The notes under the pieces are model-generated. The model was not told where the DNA came from. It worked only from the letters and a program-made list of their open reading frames with translations, and did no database searches. The translations under genes were made by a program, and so were the position numbers. A stretch of 26,851 nucleotides of DNA from a candidate division WOR-3 bacterium (GTDB lineage: Bacteria > Hydrothermota > Tepidihabitantia > Tepidihabitantales > JAOUPE01), in assembly GCA_039801565.1 (NCBI GenBank), contig JBDRUX010000013.1:6048-32898 (forward strand). The letters run 5' to 3'. Shown piece after piece: positions 16,320-25,268 of this stretch. Every line of letters begins with the position of its first letter. Within the stretch, counting starts at the first letter, position 1.

Positions 16320-17122
16320 CTAATTGTGTAACCTCGCCGTAGTCTTTTTAGCAACCGTTCTTTGGCTGATTTTGTCGAAGAAGTCAAGTCGGCGCTGGCA
16401 GGGCCGATACGAAAATATCTTTCACCCGAATGATTGATACCATTATAAAAACCGCTGCCATCGCCGCGGATATTCTCCTTAGCTTTTGGCATAACCGTTG
16501 AACCATCGCTCGCCCAAATATTTATTGTACCTCTGCCTGAAATTATTCGACTTACATTTTGGGGAAAGAGAAAATTTTTGTCATAGCTTAAAACCGTATC
16601 CGAAGTTATACTGTCCGAAATGAGGTTAAATTGTTTTTCCTGACCATTGGTGTCAACATAATTATAATAAAGGTCAAGGGTAAAATAATACCAATCGGCT
16701 TTGGCTGCCCTTTGCCAAACACAATATAGGTCAGAATCTTTGGTTAAGGTATAATTGGGCTCAGGCTTGCGAATTTGAAAATCACTTGGCACGAATACCT
16801 TACCGCTTGCCTCACCCCAACCGTGTTTGATTTTCAGTTTATATTCTCTGCCGGCTAAAAAGTCTTTATCCTCGGAATAGAAATACCAGTGATAATAAAA
16901 ATCGGTAATCGGAACTGCCGAATCATTGACCAGCACCAATGGAATCATTGGAAAGCCATCTATGTCATAAACATAGACTTCTTTATAATAAATCATTTCG
17001 CCTTCTTCAAAACTTTTAATTAAAAAGGCGGTCACAAAGGGCATTCGGCGATGGTGACAATTGAATAAAAATAGACAAATCAATAGAATAAAGGGGGGGA
17101 TTAATCGTGAATGAAATGTCAC
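16316..17122 (-). CDS. Putative lipoprotein, paralogue of 15525-16319
   Basis: Hydrophobic leader ending LFNC; same conserved blocks as the neighbour; GTG start. Confidence 0.78.
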   Translation of the reverse strand: MTFHSRLIPPFILLICLFLFNCHHRRMPFVTAFLIKSFEEGEMIYYKEVYVYDIDGFPMIPLVLVNDSAVPITDFYYHWYFYSEDKDFLAGREYKLKIKHGWGEASGKVFVPSDFQIRKPEPNYTLTKDSDLYCVWQRAAKADWYYFTLDLYYNYVDTNGQEKQFNLISDSITSDTVLSYDKNFLFPQNVSRIISGRGTINIWASDGSTVMPKAKENIRGDGSGFYNGINHSGERYFRIGPASADLTSSTKSAKERLLKRLRRGYTIR

Positions 17123-17129
17123 TTAATTT

Positions 17130-18230
17130 TTAATCCAAGTGGATCGGCATCAAAACGAAGATAGTTTCAGTCTCTACTACCTGCGGGCTCGGTTTTATTA
17201 AACCAGGATTAAGTGGTCCAGCCAATTCAATTACGACTTCCTCAGTCTCAATGTGGCGGAGAATTTCTAAGAGATAATTGACATTAAAGCCAATCTTTAA
17301 ATCACTACCCTTATAATGACAGGCAAGTTTTTCGGTAGCACTACCAATTTCTGGCGCCTGGGCGAATAAGGACAAACCTTGATTAGATAATTCTAATGTC
17401 ACCAAACGTCCCATTGGATGAGCAAAGATTGCGGTTCGACGCAGAGCAGCGGTTAAATGTTCGCGGTTGGCACGAAGTAGATTAGGTTGTTCTTTTGGCA
17501 CAACTCGTTCGTAATCAGGATAAGGGCCTTCAATCAATCGCGAAATAACAGTTGTATGGGAAAAAACAAAACTTATCTTTGTTTGGTCAAGGGTTATTAG
17601 AACTTCGGCTTCGTCACGCGGCAGGAGATTGAATACTTTTGGGGGAATGATAGCCGATACTTTGCCAGCAAAATCACCACTCTTTTTAACTAATGCCAAA
17701 CGGTAACCATCCGTAGCAACCATCGTCATCTCTTTAGGTTTTACTTGCCAGTAAAGCCCACACATTGCTGGACGACCTTCGTCATAAGAAACAGCAAAAT
17801 TGGTAGCCTCATAAGCACTTAAAAGCAGGTCGACAGGAAGTCTTAAAGTCGAACCGGTCGGTGGTGCCGGTGGTTCTGGATATTCGGCCGGATCTAAACC
17901 AGCAAATAAAAAATCACTCGGACCGGATTGCAGGCGGATATTGTTTTCTTCGGTCCAAAGAGTTAGTTTATCGGCGGTAATTTCCCGGCAGGTTTCTAAA
18001 AGTTTCCGACCGGGAAGTATTACTTTTCCCGGTTCGATTTTGCTACCAGCAATTAATGGAATCTCTTTTCGGATATAAGAATCTAAATCGGTTGCTGCTA
18101 AGGTGAGTTTTTGGTCAGCAACTTCCAGCAAAATGTTCTGCAAAACGGGATAGGTCGTTCGGGTTGGTAAAGCACCAATCACAGAATTCAAACTTTCCGC
18201 AAAGATTGCCCGTTCAATTTCGCAACGCAT
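17130..18230 (-). CDS. dnaN: DNA polymerase III beta subunit (sliding clamp)
   Basis: ATDLD, VATDGYRLA, SRLIEGPYPDY, IGFN..YLLE.L, C-terminal LMPI; SD AGGAGG. Confidence 0.97.
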   Translation of the reverse strand: MRCEIERAIFAESLNSVIGALPTRTTYPVLQNILLEVADQKLTLAATDLDSYIRKEIPLIAGSKIEPGKVILPGRKLLETCREITADKLTLWTEENNIRLQSGPSDFLFAGLDPAEYPEPPAPPTGSTLRLPVDLLLSAYEATNFAVSYDEGRPAMCGLYWQVKPKEMTMVATDGYRLALVKKSGDFAGKVSAIIPPKVFNLLPRDEAEVLITLDQTKISFVFSHTTVISRLIEGPYPDYERVVPKEQPNLLRANREHLTAALRRTAIFAHPMGRLVTLELSNQGLSLFAQAPEIGSATEKLACHYKGSDLKIGFNVNYLLEILRHIETEEVVIELAGPLNPGLIKPSPQVVETETIFVLMPIHLD

Positions 18231-18358
18231 CGATCCTCCTTTTTTGAGCTAAAACCATAATCTTGCTATGAAGAGTAATAACCAATTTTTTAGAAAAGTC
18301 AAGAAAGAAATTTTGTTTCACGATTGAAAGGAAAAAGAAAAATCTAATGCTAACTCCC

Positions 18359-18386
18359 TTGACCTTTTGATTAGTTTGTTTATGAT
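18359..18386 (+). promoter_or_regulatory. Sigma70-type promoter of the MFS gene, probably leaderless
   Basis: TTGACC-N16-TATGAT, then 5 nt to GTG 18392. Confidence 0.6.
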
Positions 18387-18391
18387 TGAGC

Positions 18392-19687
18392 GTGATTCGC
18401 AAGCAATTACTTTCAGTTCTAAAAATCCGCAACTTCCTCTTTTTAACTTTTTCGGGAACTCTTTCCCAATTTGGTGACCGGCTCTCGCATATGTTATTAA
18501 TTACAATTATTGAGACTACGTATCGCGGTAAGGTATTGGCTTTTTCTTTTGCTTCTTTAGTTTTTACCTTACCAGTTATGATCTTGGCGCCATTTGCCGG
18601 GGTGCTGGTTGACCATTGGAGCCGACGAAAAATAATAATTCGCATCCATCTTATTCAGGCAGTATTACTTTATCTAACACCGCTTATTATTAAATTTACG
18701 CAAGGTTTTAGTTTTTTTTGGGTAGCGATGGTTTTATTCTTTGGGTTAGACATTTTTAACAATACGGCAAAACCGGCCTTACTACCAGCTATAGTTGCTA
18801 AACGCAAATTACTTACCGCTAATTCAATTGACCAATTTTTGTCTCGCTTCGCTACGGTCTTAGGTATGGTGGTAGGTGGTTTTTTAATCCGTTGGGCGGG
18901 CTGGCATTACGGCATTATGATTGATGCCTCGACCCATCTCGTCGCTGGTCTATTGGCTATTGGGATTCTGTTGCGCAATGAACCACAACTGACTCCGGAT
19001 AAGAATTTATTGCCGACACCAACTACAGTAACCCGGTTTTACCAAACTAAAACATTACGATTAATAAACTCGGCTTGGCGGACTTTTCTGAGTGATGTAA
19101 AGGAGCTCTTAGGATTGGTGGTTAAGGACCAATTGGTATTATTAGTGATGGCTTCGATTTGGATTTCGGTCTTTGTAGCCGGTGTGGCTTATACGATTCT
19201 AATTTATCTGGTGCAACAGGTATTAAATCTCGGCACAGCCGGTGTCGGTGTCTTTGCCGGAATTTTGGCAATCGGAATGATTTTAGGAGCGTTGGTTTTA
19301 AGTTTTTTGAAACCAAGTATTGATAAGCCCAAAATTGTCGTATTTGGTATTATGCTCTATGGTTTACTTTTTCTCTTCGGTCAATTTTTAATCCAAGTCT
19401 GGTTTATGGTGATTGTGGCAATTGCCAGTGGTATAATCTTTTCCTGGATTACAATTGCTCAAAACACTATCCTCCAAGAACAAGTTGGAGCAAAGATTCG
19501 TGGTCGTATCTTTTCAACCAAAGAATTTTTTGGCGGATTTGCCTTTATTCTCACGACTTTTATGGTTGGTTCGTTAGGTGATTTAACCTCGGTAAGAATT
19601 ACATTGGCAATAGTTGGTCTTTTTCTCCTAATTATAGCATTGCTTGGACTTTTATTAGTTAAGCAGATAAAATCCAAGTCGAATTAA
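18392..19687 (+). CDS. MFS transporter (MefA/EntS-like H+ antiporter group)
   Basis: About 12 hydrophobic segments, SQFGD, motif A GVLVDHWSRRK, LQEQV...RGRIFS. Start at GTG 18392 (track start 18386). Confidence 0.88.
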   Translation: MIRKQLLSVLKIRNFLFLTFSGTLSQFGDRLSHMLLITIIETTYRGKVLAFSFASLVFTLPVMILAPFAGVLVDHWSRRKIIIRIHLIQAVLLYLTPLIIKFTQGFSFFWVAMVLFFGLDIFNNTAKPALLPAIVAKRKLLTANSIDQFLSRFATVLGMVVGGFLIRWAGWHYGIMIDASTHLVAGLLAIGILLRNEPQLTPDKNLLPTPTTVTRFYQTKTLRLINSAWRTFLSDVKELLGLVVKDQLVLLVMASIWISVFVAGVAYTILIYLVQQVLNLGTAGVGVFAGILAIGMILGALVLSFLKPSIDKPKIVVFGIMLYGLLFLFGQFLIQVWFMVIVAIASGIIFSWITIAQNTILQEQVGAKIRGRIFSTKEFFGGFAFILTTFMVGSLGDLTSVRITLAIVGLFLLIIALLGLLLVKQIKSKSN

Positions 19688-19703
19688 ACTTTGGTTGTCT
19701 AAC

Positions 19704-19731
19704 TTGACAATTACAAAATTTAACTTACACT
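19704..19731 (+). promoter_or_regulatory. Sigma70-type promoter of ugd, probably leaderless
   Basis: TTGACA-N16-TACACT, then 5 nt to ATG 19737. Confidence 0.7.
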
Positions 19732-19736
19732 GAACT

Positions 19737-21026
19737 ATGGAAATTGGAATGATTGGTACCGGCTATGTTGGTTTGACCAGCGGTGCTTGTCTTGCGGAAA
19801 TTGGTCATAAGGTTATTTGCGTTGACAATGACCGAGCAAAGATTGAACTCTTAAAACAGGGCAAAATTCCTATCTACGAACCAAAATTAGAAGAATTGGT
19901 GGTCAATAATATGAAGCGACAAAGACTTACTTTTTCCAATGAAATTGCCGATGCGGTGAAAAATTCCCAAGTGCTATTTATTGCGGTTGGTACGCCACCT
20001 AAAGAGACCGGCGAACCAGATTTGTCTTATGTCGAGAATGTAGCACGAGAAATTGGCACGAATCTGACCGATTACCGATTAATTGTTGAAAAAAGCACGG
20101 TGCCCGTTAAGACTAATAAATGGATAAAAACCACTATCGAACGATATAATTTACGGCGGGTCGCTTTTGATGTTGCCTCGAATCCGGAATTTTTACGCGA
20201 AGGTTCGGCAGTTGATGATTTTCTGCAACCAGACCGAATCGTAATTGGAGTGGAAACGAAAAAGGCCGAGGAGTTACTGCGGGAAATTTATGCACCGATT
20301 AAGGCAAAAATACTTTTTACGGATATTGAGAGTGCCGAATTGATTAAGCATGCCTCTAATGCCTTTCTCGCTATGAAAATTTCTTTTATCAATGCTGTCT
20401 CAATAATCTGTGAAAAATCGGGTGCCGATATTAAAAAGGTTGCCGAAGGTATTGGTTTGGATAAACGAATTGGTTCCCATTTTCTCAATGCTGGAATTGG
20501 CTATGGCGGATTCTGTTTTCCCAAAGATTTGATGGCATTTATTCGAATTGCTCAAGAGTTGGGTTACGACTTCAACCTACTCAAAGAAGTCCAGAAGATT
20601 AACGAAGAACAGAAAATGCGATTTGTTAAAAAAGTCGAAGGGTTGCTTTGGAATCTACGGGAAAAACAGATTGGCGTCTTGGGGTTGGCATTCAAACCGA
20701 ATACTGATGATATGCGATTTGCGCCTTCGATTGACATCATTGGCTATTTAAAAAAAGAAGGTGCGGTAATAAAAGCCTATGACCCAAAAGCAATGGCAAA
20801 AGCCAAGGCAATAATGCCCGATATTATCTATTGCGCTTCCCCTTACGAAGTAGCTGAGAATAGTGAATGTTTACTAATTTTAACGGAGTGGGACGAATTT
20901 TTGAATTTAGATTGGGTAAAAATTAAATCCCTACTGAAGTTACCAATTGTGGTTGATGGCAGGAATATCCTTGACCCAAAAACGATGAACGAGATGGGTT
21001 TCATTTACCGGGGAGTTGGGCGGTGA
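19737..21026 (+). CDS. ugd: UDP-glucose/GDP-mannose dehydrogenase family protein
   Basis: GTGYVG, IAVGTP, KSTVP, SNPEFLREG, GYGGFCFPKD with catalytic Cys, GLAFKPNTDD.R. Confidence 0.94.
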   Translation: MEIGMIGTGYVGLTSGACLAEIGHKVICVDNDRAKIELLKQGKIPIYEPKLEELVVNNMKRQRLTFSNEIADAVKNSQVLFIAVGTPPKETGEPDLSYVENVAREIGTNLTDYRLIVEKSTVPVKTNKWIKTTIERYNLRRVAFDVASNPEFLREGSAVDDFLQPDRIVIGVETKKAEELLREIYAPIKAKILFTDIESAELIKHASNAFLAMKISFINAVSIICEKSGADIKKVAEGIGLDKRIGSHFLNAGIGYGGFCFPKDLMAFIRIAQELGYDFNLLKEVQKINEEQKMRFVKKVEGLLWNLREKQIGVLGLAFKPNTDDMRFAPSIDIIGYLKKEGAVIKAYDPKAMAKAKAIMPDIIYCASPYEVAENSECLLILTEWDEFLNLDWVKIKSLLKLPIVVDGRNILDPKTMNEMGFIYRGVGR

Positions 21027-21082
21027 TTTTAGGGGTGGCTAAGTAGCAAATAAGCGGCAACTCCAATCGATGAGGAATTAAC

Positions 21083-22018
21083 TTGCGGATACTGATTACG
21101 GGCGGAGCAGGATTTATTGGCTCCCATCTCTGCGAGTTTTATTTAAAGCAAGGCCACGAAATTTTATGCGTTGATAATTTCATTACTGGTCAAAAAGAAA
21201 ATATTATTCATTTGTTATCGAACGCCAAGTTTCGATTAATTGAAACTGATATTAGTGAGCCAATCGAAGTTTCGGGTCGGCTGGATGCAATTCTCCATTT
21301 CGCTTCGCCGGCCAGTCCAAAAGATTTTGCCAAATACCCAATTCAAATAATACGCGCCAATGGCTTTGGCACTTATCATTTATTAGAATTAGCCCGGAAA
21401 AAGCAGGCGATATTTCTTTTGGCTTCGACTTCGGAAGTTTATGGTGACCCGCTGGTTCATCCGCAAAAAGAAGATTATCGAGGAAATGTTAATCCAATTG
21501 GTCTTCGGGCAGTTTATGATGAATCAAAGCGATTCGCTGAAACGCTAACGATAACTTTTCAACGAGAATACGGAGTTGCAGTGAGAATTGCTCGAATCTT
21601 TAATACCTATGGTCCAAGGATGCGAACCGATGATGGTCGGGTGATTCCTAATCTAATCCTCAATGCATTACAAGGCAAGCCACTTCCGATTTACGGCGAT
21701 GGTAAACAAACTCGGAGTTTCTGTTATATTGACGATTTAATTAATGGGATTGCCAAATTACTTACTACGGATATTTCCGAACCAATAAATCTGGGTAATC
21801 CTGACGAATTTACTATTTTAGAGTTAGCGAACTTAATTATTGAATTGACCAAAGGCAAAAGGGAGTTAAAATTTTTGATATTACCTCAAGACGACCCCAA
21901 AAGGCGTAAGCCCGATATCAGTAAAGCCAAACAAATTCTCAACTGGGAACCAAAGGTTTCATTAAAGCAAGGACTAAAACTGACGATTGATTGGTTTAAA
22001 AAACAAATCAAAGATTAA
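21083..22018 (+). CDS. UDP-glucuronate decarboxylase (UXS-like extended SDR)
   Basis: GGAGFIGSH, ASPASP, ASTSEVYGDP, YDESKR, RIFNTYGPRM, QTRSFCY, DDP..R.PDI. Confidence 0.9.
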   Translation: MRILITGGAGFIGSHLCEFYLKQGHEILCVDNFITGQKENIIHLLSNAKFRLIETDISEPIEVSGRLDAILHFASPASPKDFAKYPIQIIRANGFGTYHLLELARKKQAIFLLASTSEVYGDPLVHPQKEDYRGNVNPIGLRAVYDESKRFAETLTITFQREYGVAVRIARIFNTYGPRMRTDDGRVIPNLILNALQGKPLPIYGDGKQTRSFCYIDDLINGIAKLLTTDISEPINLGNPDEFTILELANLIIELTKGKRELKFLILPQDDPKRRKPDISKAKQILNWEPKVSLKQGLKLTIDWFKKQIKD

Positions 22019-23192
22019 AAGACCGATTGTTATTCCTTTTGTTGATTTAATCAGTCAGCACAAATTAATAAAAAAGGAAATAGAAATTGCTATCCAAAAA
22101 GTTATTGATAGTGGTAAATTTACTTTAGGCCCACGAGTCGTTAAATTAGAGAAAAAGGTGGCAAGATACTGTGGGACGAAGTATGCGATTGGGGTAGCAT
22201 CAGGAACCGATGCGTTGATTCTTTGTTTGGAAGGGCTGGGCATTGGACTAGGTGATGAAGTTATAACTACGCCTTATACCTTCTTTGCCACAGCAGAGGC
22301 GATAAGTCTTACCGGCGCGGTACCGGTATTTGTTGATATTGATGAACAGACCTTTAATATTGACCCGGTCAGGATTGCTGAATTTTTAAGAAAAAATTGT
22401 TATTATTCGGTTAAATCAAAATTCCCAATTAATCGAATGACCAAAGCAACCGTCAAAGCGATAATACCGGTCCATCTTTTTGGTCAGTGTGCTGAGATGG
22501 CACCAATCATCGAAATTGCTGAGAGCTATAATCTATTTATCATCGAAGACGCTGCACAAAGTTTCGGTAGTTGCCAATTATTAAATAATCGGTGGCAAAA
22601 GGCTGGGAGTTTTGGCAAAGCCGGCATTTTTTCTTTTTATCCGACCAAGAACCTTGGCGCCCTCGGTGACGGCGGGATAGTTGTCACTTCCGATTCGAAA
22701 TTAGCAACGAAATTGCAAAGATTGCGAAATCACGGACAATATGCCGAAAATTACCATCTCGACTTCGGCTGGACAAGCCGGTTGGACGAAATTCAAGCCG
22801 CAATTCTTTTAGTAAAGATGAAGTATCTTGAGAAATGGAATAGGGCAAGAAAAAGAATTTGGGACTTTTATACCCAGCGATTAAATAAATTGGTAATTAC
22901 ACCCAAAATTTTGGCAAATAACCAACCAGTATTTAGCCAATATGTGATAAGAACAAGAGAGCGTGACCAATTGAAAAATTGTCTGGCAAAAAATGGGATT
23001 GAGACCAAAATTTATTATCCTTTGCCTTTGCATTTACAACAAGCCTATAAAAAACTTCACTATAAACATGGTGATTTTCCGAATGCGGAGCGGTGCGCAA
23101 AAGAAAGTTTGGCACTACCAATTTATCCAGGATTAAATATTGACCAAATCGAATATATCTGCCAGACGATTGAGAAATTTTTAAAATGTTAA
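21987..23192 (+). CDS. DegT/DnrJ/EryC1/StrS-family PLP-dependent nucleotide-sugar aminotransferase
   Basis: IPFVDL, SGTDAL, IIPVHLFGQ, IEDAAQ, SFYPTKNLG..GDGG, SRLDEIQAA. Exact start uncertain. Confidence 0.92.
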   Translation: MIGLKNKSKIKRPIVIPFVDLISQHKLIKKEIEIAIQKVIDSGKFTLGPRVVKLEKKVARYCGTKYAIGVASGTDALILCLEGLGIGLGDEVITTPYTFFATAEAISLTGAVPVFVDIDEQTFNIDPVRIAEFLRKNCYYSVKSKFPINRMTKATVKAIIPVHLFGQCAEMAPIIEIAESYNLFIIEDAAQSFGSCQLLNNRWQKAGSFGKAGIFSFYPTKNLGALGDGGIVVTSDSKLATKLQRLRNHGQYAENYHLDFGWTSRLDEIQAAILLVKMKYLEKWNRARKRIWDFYTQRLNKLVITPKILANNQPVFSQYVIRTRERDQLKNCLAKNGIETKIYYPLPLHLQQAYKKLHYKHGDFPNAERCAKESLALPIYPGLNIDQIEYICQTIEKFLKC

Positions 23193-23298
23193 ACATCATT
23201 TTGATTTTGGAACAGCGACAAACCAAAGTGAAGATTTTTAGCTTAAGTCAGTATAGATTTTCTTGACTTAAACAATTTTTCTTGTAATAATATAAAAC

Positions 23299-24279
23299 TT
23301 GAAACGATTTAAGATTATTGGCACTGGTTCAGCCCTACCCGAAAAGGTTTTAACCAATTTCGACTTGGAGAAGATGGTTGATACTTCGGATGAATGGATT
23401 ACGGAACGTACTGGCATCAAAGAGCGTCGTATTGCTGATGCGAAGACCGCTACATCGGATTTAGTGGCTGAGGCAGCAAGAAAAGCCTTAGCAATGGCTG
23501 GGTTAAAGCCCCAAGATGTTGATACGATAATCGTCGGGACTTCAACTCCGGATACCGTTTATCCTGCTACCGCTTGCTGGGTGCAAAAAAACTTAGGAAT
23601 CAGCGGTAGTGCCGCATTTGATGTGAGTGCTGGCTGTTCCGGTTTCATCTTTGCCTTAGAGATTGCGGCTAATCTGATAAATTCCAAGACCTCGAAACGC
23701 GCTTTGGTATGTGGGGGAGAGGTAATGTCAAAAGTGGTGAATTGGCAGGATAGGGCAACCTGCGTGCTTTTTGGCGACGGTGCTGGTGCTTGTGTGGTCG
23801 AAGCAACCGATAAAAATTCTGGAATCTTAAGTTCGAATTGGGGCTGCGACGGTAACTTAGCACCACTTTTATATCAACCGGCCGGAGGCACAAGAATGCC
23901 AGCATCGGAAGAGACAGTGGCGAAAAAACTTCATTCAGTAGCAATGCAAGGCAACGAAGTATTTAAATATGCGGTTAGAGCGATGAGTCAGGCAACTATC
24001 CAAGCCCTAAAAGATGCCAATCTTACTGCCCAAGACGTCAGTCTGTTTATTCCGCACCAAGCAAATATGAGAATTATGGAGGCAACCCGAGAGCGAACCG
24101 GTATTCCTTTTGAGAAAACCTATATTGTGATTCATAAATATGGCAATATGTCCGCCGCTACGGTACCGATTTGTATTGATGAGGCTTTTCGTGCCGGCAA
24201 AATAAAAGACAATGATATTATTGTGCTAGCAGCATTTGGCACCGGTTTCACTTGGGCAGGAATGGTGATAAGATGGTAA
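23299..24279 (+). CDS. fabH: 3-oxoacyl-ACP synthase III
   Basis: DTSDEWI..RTGI.ERR, catalytic Cys (AGCSGF), His (PHQAN) and Asn (GNMSAA), LFGDGAGA. Confidence 0.95.
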   Translation: MKRFKIIGTGSALPEKVLTNFDLEKMVDTSDEWITERTGIKERRIADAKTATSDLVAEAARKALAMAGLKPQDVDTIIVGTSTPDTVYPATACWVQKNLGISGSAAFDVSAGCSGFIFALEIAANLINSKTSKRALVCGGEVMSKVVNWQDRATCVLFGDGAGACVVEATDKNSGILSSNWGCDGNLAPLLYQPAGGTRMPASEETVAKKLHSVAMQGNEVFKYAVRAMSQATIQALKDANLTAQDVSLFIPHQANMRIMEATRERTGIPFEKTYIVIHKYGNMSAATVPICIDEAFRAGKIKDNDIIVLAAFGTGFTWAGMVIRW

Positions 24280-24285
24280 TAAAAA

Positions 24286-24316
24286 CAGTTTTTGGTTATT
24301 GGTTTTTGGTTGTTGG
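24286..24316. repeat. Left arm of the inverted heptamer repeat flanking the four-helix-bundle gene
   Basis: cag tttttgg ttattgg tttttgg ttgttgg; 25/31 identical to the reverse complement of 24678-24708. Confidence 0.8.
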
Positions 24317-24323
24317 GTAAAAG

Positions 24324-24713
24324 ATGTACCGATTTGAGAAACTCGAAGTTTGGCAGAAAGCATTAGACCTTTGTAAAATTGTCTATCGAATTAGTAAATC
24401 TTTTCCAAAATCGGAGACCTATGGTTTAACTGCACAAATGAGGCGTTCTGTCACCTCAATTTTACTGAACATTGCCGAAGGGTCAGCTTGTGGTACGAAA
24501 AAAGAATTTGTTCAATTTTTGACAATAGCTTTGAGGTCGCATTATGAAACGGTGACAATAGTCAAATTAGCTTTCTCATTAAAATTTCTTAATCAAACTA
24601 ACTACGAATACTTAGAACAGAAATTAGCCGAACTTGGTAGACTCCTGCAGGGACTAATTAATTCTTTAAAAGGAAATCCAAAGACTAACAACCAAAAACT
24701 AAAAACTGATTAA
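24324..24713 (+). CDS. Four-helix-bundle protein (TIGR02436 / 23S rRNA IVP-like)
   Basis: FEKLEVWQKA, FPKSETYGLTAQMRRS..SI..NIAEG, EF.QFL.IA..S..E. Confidence 0.93.
   Translation: MYRFEKLEVWQKALDLCKIVYRISKSFPKSETYGLTAQMRRSVTSILLNIAEGSACGTKKEFVQFLTIALRSHYETVTIVKLAFSLKFLNQTNYEYLEQKLAELGRLLQGLINSLKGNPKTNNQKLKTD
24678..24708. repeat. Right arm of the inverted heptamer repeat (inside the 3' end of the gene)
   Basis: ccaaaga ctaacaa ccaaaaa ctaaaaa ctg; encodes the PKTNNQKLKT tail. Confidence 0.8.
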
Positions 24714-24722
24714 AGGAGGTAA

Positions 24723-25268
24723 ATGACTGAGATTCGATTTCACGGCCGAGGCGGTCAAGGAGCCGTAATTGCCTCAGAAATTCTTGCCTCGGCTTTATTT
24801 AAAGAAGGAAAATATGTTCAGACTTTTCCTGAATTCGGTGTCGAACGACGCGGCGCACCAGTTCAAGCCTTCTTACGATTCGACGATAAGAATATCGTCT
24901 TACGTTGTAAAATCTATAATCCTGACCATGTGATTATTTTGGATTCGGTCCTGCTCCAAACTCAAGATGTGACACAGGGTTTAAAACCCGGTGGTTGGAT
25001 TTTATTGAATTCCGATAAAGAACCCCGTGAGTTCAGTTTTCCCAATTTTCGAGTCGCGACGATTGATGCTACTGGCATCGCCATAAAATATAAATTAGGA
25101 CCAAAAACAGCTCCAATTGTTAATACCGCTATGCTTGGGGCATTTGTTAGGATTAGTGGTCTTGCTCAAATTGAAAATATCTACCAATCAATTCCGGAAT
25201 ATGTCCCGGTAAAGATTGAAGACAATATTAAGGCGACTGGAGAGGCTTATGAGATGGTTAGATATTGA
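24723..25268 (+). CDS. porC: 2-oxoacid (pyruvate):ferredoxin oxidoreductase gamma subunit
   Basis: EIRFHGRGGQG, FGVERRGAPV.AF, IVNTAMLGA; SD AAGGAGG. Confidence 0.92.
   Translation: MTEIRFHGRGGQGAVIASEILASALFKEGKYVQTFPEFGVERRGAPVQAFLRFDDKNIVLRCKIYNPDHVIILDSVLLQTQDVTQGLKPGGWILLNSDKEPREFSFPNFRVATIDATGIAIKYKLGPKTAPIVNTAMLGAFVRISGLAQIENIYQSIPEYVPVKIEDNIKATGEAYEMVRY

Noticed and set aside
17093..17099. G7/C7 run in the lipoprotein signal peptide as a phase-variation tract
   Set aside because: Only 7 nt long, the gene is in frame, and there is no other evidence.
18231..18391. oriC next to dnaN
   Set aside because: Short region with no TTATCCACA-like cluster seen and no dnaA; it is explained by divergent promoters.
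23263..23298. fabH promoter as a firm feature
   Set aside because: TTGACT is present, but the -10 at 16-17 nt spacing (TAATAA/AATAAT) is ambiguous; noted only as a weak leaderless candidate.
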